Both the position numbers and the translations under genes were made by a program. Positions 27,915-37,755 of a stretch of 54,531 nucleotides of DNA are shown in pieces. The notes under the pieces are model-generated. The model ran no database searches. It was not told where the DNA came from and saw only the letters and a program-made list of their open reading frames with translations. The stretch lies in contig DAHVAK010000080.1 of the NCBI GenBank assembly GCA_027314665.1, positions 1-54,531 on the forward strand, written 5' to 3'. The first letter of the stretch is position 1, and every line of letters begins with the position of its first letter. Source of the stretch: Spirochaetales bacterium (GTDB lineage: Bacteria > Spirochaetota > Spirochaetia > DAHUYW01).

Positions 27915-28999
27915 ATGGGGTTACTCGAGCGACTCGCACGAAAACCGATTCTCTCAGGAGCCGCCGAAGGGCTGCTTCGCAGGGCGGCAAAGATTCGCGA
28001 ACACGGGGCTCCGCAGCAAGCCGGGGTTCCGGGGGAAGCCGGGCCTTCGCCGTCAAAAAAAAAAGCCCAGAGCCGTCGCTTCCTTCCGCCCCGCTCGACG
28101 CTCGCTCTCTCAGCGAGGCAATCGCCAGGCTTGAACCCGGACTCGATCTAGGGGGAGAGCTCTTCGCGCTCTACCGCGACGCCTTCCGAATCGACAAGGG
28201 AGCCCTTCTCCTTCCCGACGGAAACGAGGGGTGTTTCTCTCCGTGGGCGATAGCGGGGTTCGACCGCACGACCGAGCACCGCCTGCGCATCCCCGAGGAG
28301 TTCATCCTTTCCCTTTCCGGGATCGACGCGGGGGACGCAGCGGCGCTCGCTCCCAAGGAGATCCTCCCCCTCCAGGCCTACTTCTCGACGCGGGAGTTCG
28401 GTCTCATCGAGAAGCTCATCCTCGTGCCCTTCGTCGTCGGCGATCGGTTGGTCGCCCTTCTCCTTATCGCTCGTGGGCGGCCCCTCCCATCGGATGGGAC
28501 CGAAACGATCCATCGCCTCGAGGAGTCGGCGCTGATCGCTGCCCCGCTCATCCGGCGGTCGCGCACCGTCATCCGAACGGAGGGTCCGCTCGAGCCTCAG
28601 GGCGATCTCGGCGCCCGCCTCGGAGAGCTCGTTGCGGAGGCCGCCGCCGACAACCGTTTCATCCTCTTCGTGAAGCTGGATGTCGCCGAGATCACGGCTG
28701 CCCTCCCCTCCCACGGAGTCGGGTTGGATCCCTATCACCTGCGCAAGGACATCGTGCGCGTCCTCTCCTCGATGGTGTCCGGAACCGGCGAGCTCATTCG
28801 ACTCAGCCCGACCCGACTTCTCCTGACGCTGTCGAGCCGCGTCTCCCACGATCGGGAGCTCATCGTCCACCAGATCTGCGCGGGCCTGAGCTCTCTCTTT
28901 GGCGCCAAGCTCGAGCCGGCACAGCTCCACATCCGCTCATGGAGCTATCCACAGGAAACCCTTTCCGCCAATGAGCTCATCTCCCAGGTCAGCCAATGA
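27915..28999 (+). CDS. hypothetical protein split by a -1 frameshift at an A10 tract (GAF-like and degenerate GGDEF-like regions)
   Basis: ATG 27915 follows the upstream stop by 1 nt. A10 lies at 28055-28064. The -1 frame is open and protein-like from there to 28999 but has no start codon until 28424. Confidence 0.7.
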
Positions 29000-30641
29000 A
29001 TTTCCGATCCGCTTCGCGCGCTCTCGCGCGGGCGAAGTCTATGCCGAGGCTTCCGGGATCCGCATCCACTCGGCCTACGATCCCCGGCGAGAGGCTCGCA
29101 GATTCGTAGAGGCCCAGACAGCCGATCCCTCCCCCGCCACTTGGGTTGTTCTCGGGGAGGCCCTCGGCTACCTCACCGAGGCGATCCGGGAGCGCTCGCC
29201 GCAGGCGCGAATCCTTCCCATCAGCTATCATGCGCAGCTCGTCGGAGCCGAGAGCAAGACGGCCTGGTCACCGGCATCGCGTGAGACAATCGAGGCCTAC
29301 CTGACACGCTCCCTCGGCGAGCTTGAGATCGAGGGGCTGAAGGTGATCGAGTGGGCGCCCTCGGGCGCCGCCTTCCCTCGCGAGGCCCAACGCGCGAAGG
29401 CGGCAGTCGCCCAGGCGGTGCGCGAGCTGTCGGGAAGCCTGACGACGACGCGCGCCTTCGGCCTGCGTTGGGCACGCAACTGCCTCGCAAACTTCCTCGC
29501 GCTTGAGGATCGGCTCGAGTCCGCGAGCCTCGGCGCGCTCTCCCCCCTGCGACGGCTCGCCGTGGTCGCGGCGTCGGGTCCCTCTCTCGCCGAGGCGCTG
29601 CCGATCCTCAAACCCCTGCGCAAGAGCATCCTGCTCATCTCCTTGCCCTCCTCCCTGTCCGCCCTCGCCGCGGCGGGGCTGAGGCCGGATCTTGTCGTCG
29701 CTACCGATGGGGGAAACTGGGCCTCCCTCCATCTGGCGGAGGTCGCTCGCCTTCCCCCCGGGGAGAGGCTGCCCCTCGCGATGCCCCTGTCGGCAGCCCG
29801 CGGATCCTGGCATACCGGCGGGCCCCTCCTTCTTCTTACCCAGGCCACCCTCTTCGAGCGGGAATTGCTCGCAGAAAGCCGCCTGTCCGCGATCCCTATC
29901 GCTGCGCACGGGACCGTCGCGGCAGGGGCTCTCGCGCTCGCGCTCCTCCTCACGCGGGGACCGGTGGTCGTCGCGGGACTCGATCTCTGCTTTCGCGACA
30001 TCCTTGAGCATGTCCGTCCGCACACCTTCGATTCGATATGGGAAAGAAGAGAGTCCCGGCTCGCTCCCGCCTACAGCGCGCAGTTTCAACGGGCGATGGA
30101 GCGCTTGGAGCGCGCGAGCGAGGGTGAGTCGTTCGCCGCGCGCACCTCGCATGCCTTTCGGGCCTACGCCGGATGGTTTGCCGGGCTCGCCGACAGCGAG
30201 GGGCGCCTCTTCCGCCTGCACCCATCGCCGATCGCTCTCCCCGGCTTCACTCCGCTCGACGGAGACGCCCTCCGAAGGCTCAGCGGCGAAGCCGCGAGGT
30301 GCGAGCCGCGCACGCGACTGCCCTTCGGAGAGGCGGCCGCGGTCCCCCGCGAAAGGCGCGCCGCGGCGGCAGCGGCGGTTCTCGCCCGGATCGAGGAGCG
30401 ACTCGCACTCGGACGCCGCGCGCTCGGCAATCCTCCTCGCTCCGGCGGAAAGGACTCAGGCGAGCTCCCGATCCAACCTGAGCTCGGCGAGCTCCTCTAT
30501 GAGCTGGACACGGCGGGCCTGCTCGAGACGAAACGAGCGGCGCGAGTCGAAGGCCTCGAGGCAGGGCGCACGAGGCTGTTCGCATCCATCGAGAGCGCCG
30601 AGGCCCACATCGCGCAGATGCGAGCCCACTACCTCGGGTAG
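28971..30641 (+). CDS. motility-associated factor (Maf/DUF115, MptE-like) protein
   Basis: IHSAYDPRREA, VAASGPSL, PDLVVATDGG, GTVA, AGLDL motifs. Confidence 0.82.
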   Translation: MSSSPRSANEFPIRFARSRAGEVYAEASGIRIHSAYDPRREARRFVEAQTADPSPATWVVLGEALGYLTEAIRERSPQARILPISYHAQLVGAESKTAWSPASRETIEAYLTRSLGELEIEGLKVIEWAPSGAAFPREAQRAKAAVAQAVRELSGSLTTTRAFGLRWARNCLANFLALEDRLESASLGALSPLRRLAVVAASGPSLAEALPILKPLRKSILLISLPSSLSALAAAGLRPDLVVATDGGNWASLHLAEVARLPPGERLPLAMPLSAARGSWHTGGPLLLLTQATLFERELLAESRLSAIPIAAHGTVAAGALALALLLTRGPVVVAGLDLCFRDILEHVRPHTFDSIWERRESRLAPAYSAQFQRAMERLERASEGESFAARTSHAFRAYAGWFAGLADSEGRLFRLHPSPIALPGFTPLDGDALRRLSGEAARCEPRTRLPFGEAAAVPRERRAAAAAAVLARIEERLALGRRALGNPPRSGGKDSGELPIQPELGELLYELDTAGLLETKRAARVEGLEAGRTRLFASIESAEAHIAQMRAHYLG

Positions 30642-31471
30642 GCGATCCCCGCGTAGCCGACGAAGGAATCCGAAGGATGGAGATCGAAGCTGGTGAAGTG
30701 ATCGATGAGCCTTCCCGACCGGACCCCGCTCAAGCGGGCGAAGGTGAGCGCGGCGACCGCCGCCCCTGCGGAGCAGGCGGAGCGCTCGCTTCCGCTCAAG
30801 GACAGCGCGCTCTCGGCCTCCATCGCAAGAAGGGCCTCGATCATTTTCCGGTCGGAGACCTCCGTCACCCATTGCACTGCCGCCGGGCCGCTGCCCTGCG
30901 GGCTGAAACGGTATCCGGGGCCGTAGTGCGTGAGGTCCGTAGAGCCCACTACGTGAATCGTGCGACCGAGCCCCTTTTGCGCGTCAAAGAGGGCCGCCCC
31001 GAGCACGAGCGCCTCTTGCGAGGGAGCCACGCGCAGCCAGAGCGCGGATGCCTTCGGAAAGTGATACTTCACAAAGGGCAGCTGGACCTCGACGCTGTTG
31101 TCCCCATGCGGCTCCCCGCGGATCGCCATGCGATCTCGAAGAAAGGACAGAAGCTCGCTGTCGGCCGGAAGCTCCCCCAAGGGTGTTGCGTAGGACTCGT
31201 CGCCTGCAGCATAGGTCCCGCCATGGGGCGGAAGGTGTCCACCGACGACCACGACGGTAAGCGCGGCATCCCCGCACGCGAGGCTTCCCACTGCGGCGCA
31301 GGCGAGCCGCCCGGAAAACGACCACCCTGCATGAGGGGCGACACATGCGCATGCCTTTCGCGAAAGAGGATAGCGCGCGCTCCACGCCTCGCACAGCCGG
31401 CGCACGCCCTCGTCGCTTTCGGGATACCAGCCCTCGGGAAGCCCCCGCTGTCGCACCATGTGCACTCTCAT
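30629..31471 (-). CDS. AmmeMemoRadiSam protein B / MEMO1 family
   Basis: GWYP, VAPHAGWSFSG, TPLG, DNSVEVQLPF, STDLTHYG, ACSAG, SFVGYAG; the start may instead be ATG 31459. Confidence 0.88.
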   Translation of the reverse strand: MRVHMVRQRGLPEGWYPESDEGVRRLCEAWSARYPLSRKACACVAPHAGWSFSGRLACAAVGSLACGDAALTVVVVGGHLPPHGGTYAAGDESYATPLGELPADSELLSFLRDRMAIRGEPHGDNSVEVQLPFVKYHFPKASALWLRVAPSQEALVLGAALFDAQKGLGRTIHVVGSTDLTHYGPGYRFSPQGSGPAAVQWVTEVSDRKMIEALLAMEAESALSLSGSERSACSAGAAVAALTFARLSGVRSGRLIDHFTSFDLHPSDSFVGYAGIAYPR

Positions 31472-31531
31472 CCCAATCGTACCACAAAAAAACAGTTCAC
31501 AATGATCGTATTTCCCGTATAATGATCCGCG

Positions 31532-33577
31532 ATGGGTCGGAAAATCGCGCTGCTTTACACCGTATTCAGCATCTTCGTCCTTGTTGCCCTCTCGGTTTGG
31601 ACGACCTACAGCCTCCTTCAGACCAAGGCCCACAACCTCGCCGCGGCGGCGCGGCGATTCGACGCGCTCCAAGCGGAGGTCGCGTCGATCTCTCCGAGCT
31701 CCGGCGGCTACGAGAGCGAAGGCTTTCGGTCCTCGATCCGCTCCCTCTTTCTCACCGACCGGACGCTCCAGGTTCTCCTCATCGAGTCACCGCAAAGCGG
31801 CCTGCGCTATCTCTTCGCCCGACATGCCTCCTCCGTGCAGGACTCCGAGAGGCTCGCGAGCTCTTGGCACGGCGCAATCGTCTACAACTCGACGCTTGAG
31901 AAGCTCTTTTCTGCCCCCTTGCGCCTCCCGAGCCACCCTCGCGACGAGCTTCAGGCGGTCTATTCGATTTTCGATGTGGATTCGCTCTATCCAACCCTCC
32001 AGCCGCTCCTCGTGATGCTCCTGGGCTTCGTTCTTCTTACCGGGATCGTGATTGCGCTCCTCTCGATCGCGCGCGTAAGCCGCCTGCCCGTGGCGGGGGC
32101 TTCCACCGCCCTGCCATCCACGCCCTCCCCTGAGCGGACGGAAGCGGAGCCTCGCCGAGCCCCGGCTGGGCGCCCCGAAGCAGAGGCTCCGGAGAGGGCC
32201 GCACGGCAAGCGGGAGCCGCCTCGCCCGCGCCTGCGCGCGAGCCCCCTCCCTTTCCGGAGCCCTCTCCGGCCGCGTCGGCCCCGGAGCCGTCCCCCGCCC
32301 CCTTCGCAGAGCCCACTCCCGCGGTGCCGGCCCCGGAGCCGTCCCCCGCCCCCACCCCGACCCTGCCTCGCGAATCGCTCGCAGGCGAAGCTTTCGGGGA
32401 GGCAGCAGCCCCGGCGGCGCTCCCCGAGGAGCTGGACCGCCGAAGCGCGAGCGACGAAAGGTGGTCTGCGCTTGCCGAGGAGATCGTTCCCCTCGAGCTC
32501 GAGCCTTCGCGCGGCCTCCCCTCGAGCCGCGAAACCCGAGAGCCTGGCGCGAGGGGCGCGGAGGAGCGAATCGACGAGCTTCCCCCGGGTGTCATCCTTC
32601 CCACCCTCGAGGAGATCGAGAGCGAAGCCCCGCCTGCGCGGGAGGCCGCCTTGCCGCTTCCGGTGGAAGAGGCGCTTCCGAGCGCCGAGGACGAGCTTGC
32701 CGACATCGAGGACTTCGAAGACCTGGAGACGATCGACGGCAGCCCATCCGCCGAGGATGAGCCCGCCCCAAAGCCTCCCCGAGCGGCGCAGCGCGTGCAC
32801 CGGAACGAGCCGCCGCCTGCCGAGCCCCGAGTCGCGCCCTTCTTGGATGAGGACGAGGAGATCGCCGAGCTGGAAGAGATCCCGGATGAGCTCGAGCCCC
32901 TCGCCGCTCCCATCCGCGGCGGCGCGCCGAGTAGAGGGGAGGCGCAGCACCGAGGCCCGAAGGACGGGTCAGGGGGCGGGCTGCTCAAGCGGATCTTGGC
33001 GCAGGGCTCGACTTCCGAGTCCGGCGCAATCGAACCCGCCGAGAAAAGCAGCCCGACTTCCGAGCTCGCTTCCCGAGCCTCCTCGCCGGAAGGCTCGCCC
33101 CGCGGGCTCTTCGCGCCCGAGACCGGCCTCGGATGGTCCGAGTACTTCGAGAAGCGCCTCTCCTTCGAGATCGATCGCTGCGCCTCCTTTGACCAGGACC
33201 TCTCGATCGCCCTCCTGCGCTGCAAGAAACCGGTCGGGCCTCAGTCCCGCAGGGAAATTGCCCGCCAGATTCTCCTCGCCTTCACCTTCCAGGACCTCTG
33301 CTTCGAGCACGGGCCGGACGGCTTCGCCGTCATACTGCCGAATCTCGACATCGAGGGGGCCCACCGCAAGCTCGAGGGCTTCCAGGCTCGCGTTGCGCAA
33401 GAGGAGGAGGATCTTCCCCTGCTGTACGTTGGTCTCGCTGCGCGAAACGGCAGGCTCCTCACCGGAGTGCGACTGCGGGAGGAAGCGGAGAGCGCCCTCT
33501 CGAAGGCCCTCGCGAGCGCGACGGAGACCATCGTCGCGGTCAGAATTGATGCCGGAGTCTATCGCAGGCGTGTCTAG
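31532..33577 (+). CDS. two-TM membrane protein with a long Pro/Glu-rich linker and a C-terminal degenerate GGDEF domain
   Basis: TM-periplasmic-TM layout; ETGLGWSEYFEKRLSFEIDRC...DLCFEHGPDGFAVILP...EAESALSKA (GPDGF in place of GGDEF). Confidence 0.8.
   Translation: MGRKIALLYTVFSIFVLVALSVWTTYSLLQTKAHNLAAAARRFDALQAEVASISPSSGGYESEGFRSSIRSLFLTDRTLQVLLIESPQSGLRYLFARHASSVQDSERLASSWHGAIVYNSTLEKLFSAPLRLPSHPRDELQAVYSIFDVDSLYPTLQPLLVMLLGFVLLTGIVIALLSIARVSRLPVAGASTALPSTPSPERTEAEPRRAPAGRPEAEAPERAARQAGAASPAPAREPPPFPEPSPAASAPEPSPAPFAEPTPAVPAPEPSPAPTPTLPRESLAGEAFGEAAAPAALPEELDRRSASDERWSALAEEIVPLELEPSRGLPSSRETREPGARGAEERIDELPPGVILPTLEEIESEAPPAREAALPLPVEEALPSAEDELADIEDFEDLETIDGSPSAEDEPAPKPPRAAQRVHRNEPPPAEPRVAPFLDEDEEIAELEEIPDELEPLAAPIRGGAPSRGEAQHRGPKDGSGGGLLKRILAQGSTSESGAIEPAEKSSPTSELASRASSPEGSPRGLFAPETGLGWSEYFEKRLSFEIDRCASFDQDLSIALLRCKKPVGPQSRREIARQILLAFTFQDLCFEHGPDGFAVILPNLDIEGAHRKLEGFQARVAQEEEDLPLLYVGLAARNGRLLTGVRLREEAESALSKALASATETIVAVRIDAGVYRRRV
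32277..32353 (+). repeat. in-frame coding direct repeat (APEPSPAP)
   Basis: 26-nt CGGCCCCGGAGCCGTCCCCCGCCCCC at 32277 and 32328 (51-nt period). Confidence 0.85.
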
Positions 33578-34536
33578 CCCTTCGCAGACAGCTCGCTCAG
33601 GCTCCTGATCAGCCTTCCCAGGGTATACTGATTGACCAGATAGACGTAGGGTTGATCCTCGCGCTTGACGTAGAAGCGGGAGCCGTCGCGCTTACCGACG
33701 TCGATCACCCATCGCCCGCCCCGGACGTTCGTCGCGAGGATTCGCGCGACCGGATGCGCGAGCCCGGTCGCCGTCGGTTCGGGATTGGGAACGAACTCAT
33801 CGCCCGTGAGCCCCAGGAGCTCCCCCTCTACCTCCAGGAGACTCCTCGGATCAAGGCGAAGGCTCGGCTGCCCCTGGACGCCCCAGACATTCTTCCCGTC
33901 CTTGACGGTCGACACGAGAAGGTAGTCGGCGGTGACGCTTCTCCCTCCCACGGCGAAATCGCGCGCCTGCACGCCGATGGTTTGAAGGTTGCTGAGGGAG
34001 AGCCCCTCCGGAGCTATTCTCAGGCTGCACCAGAAGCTCGGCGCCTGGAGAAGGTAGCTCGCAAGCGAGGCCACGGTTTCATAGACCTCGGGAAAGCCCT
34101 CCCGACGCACGTAGTCGCCGTTTTGCACGCCCTCACCCACGTAGAGGTTGACGAGGGTGCGTCCATGATCGCGAACGAGCAGGTGGGTCGCTTGGCCGGG
34201 CTCGAGGGAAAAGCTGCCCCAGGTGCCTCGGTCGCGGCTCGCAACGCGCAGGGACCGCTCTTCCCGGACCGCCTCGAGAAAGGCCTCGACACGGCTCCGG
34301 TCGGCCGGAAAGCTCTCTCCCTCGATCGTGATCCACCATTCTCCCTCCTGTCCGAGGGCAAGTTCCACGCTCCCCCCCGGCCCCTCGATGGAGATGGAGC
34401 TCGATCGATTCGGCACGAAGCCGGAGAGGAGAAGCTCCGCGCGGTTGGCGGGCGAGGCGAGCCTTCCGAAGAGATAGACGACCACGAGGGCGCACAGGAG
34501 CGCAGTGAGGAGAACGAGCTTCCTGCGATATCTCAT
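33574..34536 (-). CDS. DUF4340 domain protein
   Basis: N-terminal anchor, W..FPADRSRVEAFL, TGLAHP, YVYLV; last gene of a Gld-type ABC cluster. Start re-called to ATG 34536. Confidence 0.78.
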   Translation of the reverse strand: MRYRRKLVLLTALLCALVVVYLFGRLASPANRAELLLSGFVPNRSSSISIEGPGGSVELALGQEGEWWITIEGESFPADRSRVEAFLEAVREERSLRVASRDRGTWGSFSLEPGQATHLLVRDHGRTLVNLYVGEGVQNGDYVRREGFPEVYETVASLASYLLQAPSFWCSLRIAPEGLSLSNLQTIGVQARDFAVGGRSVTADYLLVSTVKDGKNVWGVQGQPSLRLDPRSLLEVEGELLGLTGDEFVPNPEPTATGLAHPVARILATNVRGGRWVIDVGKRDGSRFYVKREDQPYVYLVNQYTLGRLIRSLSELSAKG

Positions 34537-36098
34537 TTGCCGCCCTCGGCCGCCCTCTGCCTGCGCCTGCGCACCGCCGATCTGCGCAAGCCGAAAAGGA
34601 TGACTCCGAGCGGGATAAGGAAGATGTTGACGACCTCCGCGAAGCGGAAGGTCGCGAGCTTCGCCCGTGGATCCTCGATCCGGTCGAGCCGGGGGTCCCA
34701 CTGCCCCTTTGTCTTGATGCTCAGGAGGGCCTCGTTTCTCGTCAGCCAATCGATCGTGTTGCCGGCGAAGCTCAGGTTGTAGGCGCTGTCCGAGTAATGG
34801 ATGAGGTCCGAGAGAAAGTCGTCGTCACCGACCACGACGAGCCGAGTCGGGCGGCTCAAGACGGCTCCCGCCCCGGCGGCGGACCGCTCCGAGTAGCTCG
34901 GGAACCTCCCTCTGAGGGCCTCGACAAGGTCGTACTGCCCCGGAACCTGACCGCCGCTCGAATCGTAGCTCTTGACCTCGTAGGGATTGGTCTGGAAGCT
35001 CCCCTTCATGATCCAGGCATCTCGCGTGGATTTCGCGAGACTCTCGTAGCGGATGCCTGGCAGGTCAAGCCTCACGAGGGGGCTCGGCCACAGCAGGTCA
35101 AGCCCTTCGAAGTTCCGGGTTATCGGGCTGCTGCGCGAGACGTCCGCGCGCCGGATCGAAAGCCAATGGGGGTAGGGCCCAAGATCCTCCCAGACATATC
35201 GCCCGCCGACTGTCCGCAGGGTGCGAAAGCTCTTTGCGCTCCTGTCGAGCACCAGGGTGTTGGCGATTCGAACTCCGTAGGATGCGATGAGGTCGAGGAT
35301 CGGCATGTCGATGAGGGGAGTCGCCTTGAGATCCCCTCGCGTATGGATCTCCACCCCGGGCACGCAGAACAGAGTGGCTCCGCCCGCCATGACGAACCGG
35401 TCGATCGGTTGAAGATCGGCCGCGGTGAGATCCTTGCCGCCGAGCACCACCAGCGCATCGAGCGAGGGCGGTATTGGCGCCCCGGGGGCGATCGGGAGGA
35501 TCGCGTAGGTTCGACCGATCGAAGCGGTGAAGAGGCTGTAGTCGCTCTGAAGGCTGCGCTTGGAGTTCCCGATCAGGACGCCGATAGCCCACATCCTGTC
35601 CTGAGCGAGCTTCATCACCGCAGCGGTTAGCTGATACTCCAGGTTGCTCGTTCCGCCGACGAACGGAATCACTTCCTGCCGGTCGAGGTACTGAATATCG
35701 ATCCCGGAGTAGACGAGGGCCGTCGTCCGCTCGCTCTTTTCGAGAATCTCCATCTGCTCGGGGTAGATTCCGATTGCCTGGATCTTCTGCGTGACTCCAG
35801 CCGCCTCCGGATCCACCGACCGCACCGTGATCCTCCCGTGGGAGTAAACTGCGTACTCGTCGAGAAGATCCTGCACCTCCTGCGGTACCGGCGAGATCTT
35901 CCGCAGCCTTGGCGACACGTAGTAGGTGATCGCCGCCGGCTCGGCCAGCGAGCGGTAGAGGTTCCTGCTTGCCGCAGAGAGCGTGAAGACGTGGTCTTCG
36001 GTGAGATCGATGCGAAAGAAGAAGAGCGCGCCGTCAAGCGCGATGAAAACAGCGATCGCGATCACGAGCGCGGTGAGCAGGAGCTCCCTTCCCCTCAT
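34533..36098 (-). CDS. GldG-family ABC transporter auxiliary component
   Basis: RIDLTEDHVFTLS, LLDEY, LEYQLT, IDRFVMAGG, LVVVGDDDF, IDWL. Confidence 0.9.
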   Translation of the reverse strand: MRGRELLLTALVIAIAVFIALDGALFFFRIDLTEDHVFTLSAASRNLYRSLAEPAAITYYVSPRLRKISPVPQEVQDLLDEYAVYSHGRITVRSVDPEAAGVTQKIQAIGIYPEQMEILEKSERTTALVYSGIDIQYLDRQEVIPFVGGTSNLEYQLTAAVMKLAQDRMWAIGVLIGNSKRSLQSDYSLFTASIGRTYAILPIAPGAPIPPSLDALVVLGGKDLTAADLQPIDRFVMAGGATLFCVPGVEIHTRGDLKATPLIDMPILDLIASYGVRIANTLVLDRSAKSFRTLRTVGGRYVWEDLGPYPHWLSIRRADVSRSSPITRNFEGLDLLWPSPLVRLDLPGIRYESLAKSTRDAWIMKGSFQTNPYEVKSYDSSGGQVPGQYDLVEALRGRFPSYSERSAAGAGAVLSRPTRLVVVGDDDFLSDLIHYSDSAYNLSFAGNTIDWLTRNEALLSIKTKGQWDPRLDRIEDPRAKLATFRFAEVVNIFLIPLGVILFGLRRSAVRRRRQRAAEGGK

Positions 36099-36814
36099 CG
36101 AAAGCGCCCCCGAGCAAGGCTCTTGGTGGTTAGATACAGGAAGAGCCCGGTCACGATCAGGAAATAAAGGATGTCGCGGGAATCCAGAAGCCCCTTGTCG
36201 AAGCTCTCAAAGTGCGAGCGGAAGGAGATCCAGCTCACGGCGGAGGCGAGCCAAGCCGGCAGATCCATGAAGGCATTCACCGAGCCGATCAGGGTGAGAA
36301 AGACGAGGGAAAGCGCTGCCCCGAGGAAGGCGCTAATCTGGTTCACGACGAGGGATGAGATGTATTGACCGACGGCGATCGCCGCCCCACCGAGGAACAG
36401 CATGCCGAGGTACTCGCCGACGATCTGCCCCTTCTGGAAATCTCCCAGGGGCAGGAGGGTAAGGGGAAGGGGTATCGTGAGCAGCGCGATCACGAGGAGC
36501 AGCCCGAATGCCGCCGCAAACTTGCCCGCGACGAGCTCCCATTCGCGGTAGGGCAGGGTAAAGAGGATCTCCGCGGTCCCGAGGCGCCTCTCCTCCGCCC
36601 AGATCCGCATGGTGAGGGCGGGAACGACGACGATGTAGATCAAGGGGACGATCGAGAAGTAGCCCCGCAGCGAGGCAACGTTTTGAAAGAGAAATTGGTT
36701 CAGGGAGAGAAACCAAACCGAGGCGAAGACGAGAAAGGCGACCGCTACGACGTAGGCGATCGGCGAGTTGAAGTAGGAGCGCAGCTCCTTTTTCACGATC
36801 GGCATCACCCTCAT
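36095..36814 (-). CDS. GldF-like ABC-2 permease
   Basis: KKELRSYFNSPIAY, PALTMRIWAEERRLGT, NQISAF, GLLDSRDILYF. Confidence 0.92.
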   Translation of the reverse strand: MRVMPIVKKELRSYFNSPIAYVVAVAFLVFASVWFLSLNQFLFQNVASLRGYFSIVPLIYIVVVPALTMRIWAEERRLGTAEILFTLPYREWELVAGKFAAAFGLLLVIALLTIPLPLTLLPLGDFQKGQIVGEYLGMLFLGGAAIAVGQYISSLVVNQISAFLGAALSLVFLTLIGSVNAFMDLPAWLASAVSWISFRSHFESFDKGLLDSRDILYFLIVTGLFLYLTTKSLARGRFR

Positions 36815-37755
36815 GGATGGGCCTGCCCCTCCGAGGTGAGCCTCTGGAAGATCTCCTCCAAGCTGAGGCCGACTTGAGTCGAGGAGAGGAGCTTCGCGCC
36901 GCGCGCAACGGCCCAGTCGAAGATGACCTCCCCGAAGCCTTCGGAGCCGGCGGTGAGGAGGTCGGCGGCGAAGGTGTCCCCGCCGGCGGGAGTGAAGCCG
37001 ACCACCGACTGAACCCTCGGAATGCCGGCAAGGGCTTCCGGGGTGAGCCCCGGCGCGCGAACGACGACGCGGAAGCGGCTGCCAACCTTCATCCGGCGCC
37101 GAATTTCCTCCGCCGTCCCCTCGGCCGCGATTTCTCCCTTATTAAGGATGAGGACGCGCCCGCACACCGCTTCGACCTCCTGCAGAATGTGGGTCGAAAG
37201 GAGCACGGTCTTCTCCCGTCCGATCTCCTTGAGCAGCTCGCGAATCTCCACGATCTGATTCGGATCCAGTCCGGCCGTCGGCTCGTCGAGAATGAGAATC
37301 TCGGGGGAGTGGACCAGCGCCTGCGCAATCCCGACACGCTGCCGGTAGCCCTTGGACAGGGCGGCGATGGGGCGCTGCCGCACGTCGAGGATTCCGCATT
37401 GGCGGCAGGCTCGCTCGATCGCGGCACGCCGCGCGCCGCGGCTCACCCCCCGTGAGGCAGCGATGAACTCGAGGTATTCGAAAACCGTGAGATCGTCATA
37501 GAGAGGCGCGCTTTCGGGGAGGTAGCCGATCAGCCGCCTCACCGCAAGCGACTCCTCGCGCACGTCCAAGGAGTTGATGCGCGCCATTCCCTCGCTCGGG
37601 GCATGGTAGCAGGTGAGCACCCGCATCAGCGTGGTCTTTCCCGCGCCGTTCGGGCCGAGGAGCCCGACCACCTCACCCGCGCCGATCGCGAAGCTCACGT
37701 CCCGGACCGCCTCGAGGAGCCCATACCGCTTCGTGACGTGGGAGACTTCGATCAT
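36811..37755 (-). CDS. GldA-like ABC ATP-binding protein
   Basis: GPNGAGKTT, LSKGYRQR, ILDEPTAGLDP, STHIL. Confidence 0.94.
   Translation of the reverse strand: MIEVSHVTKRYGLLEAVRDVSFAIGAGEVVGLLGPNGAGKTTLMRVLTCYHAPSEGMARINSLDVREESLAVRRLIGYLPESAPLYDDLTVFEYLEFIAASRGVSRGARRAAIERACRQCGILDVRQRPIAALSKGYRQRVGIAQALVHSPEILILDEPTAGLDPNQIVEIRELLKEIGREKTVLLSTHILQEVEAVCGRVLILNKGEIAAEGTAEEIRRRMKVGSRFRVVVRAPGLTPEALAGIPRVQSVVGFTPAGGDTFAADLLTAGSEGFGEVIFDWAVARGAKLLSSTQVGLSLEEIFQRLTSEGQAHP

Noticed and set aside
33574-37755. Gliding motility system
   Set aside because: GldAFG-like ABC clusters with DUF4340 are widespread in non-gliding bacteria; no other gld/spr genes are present.
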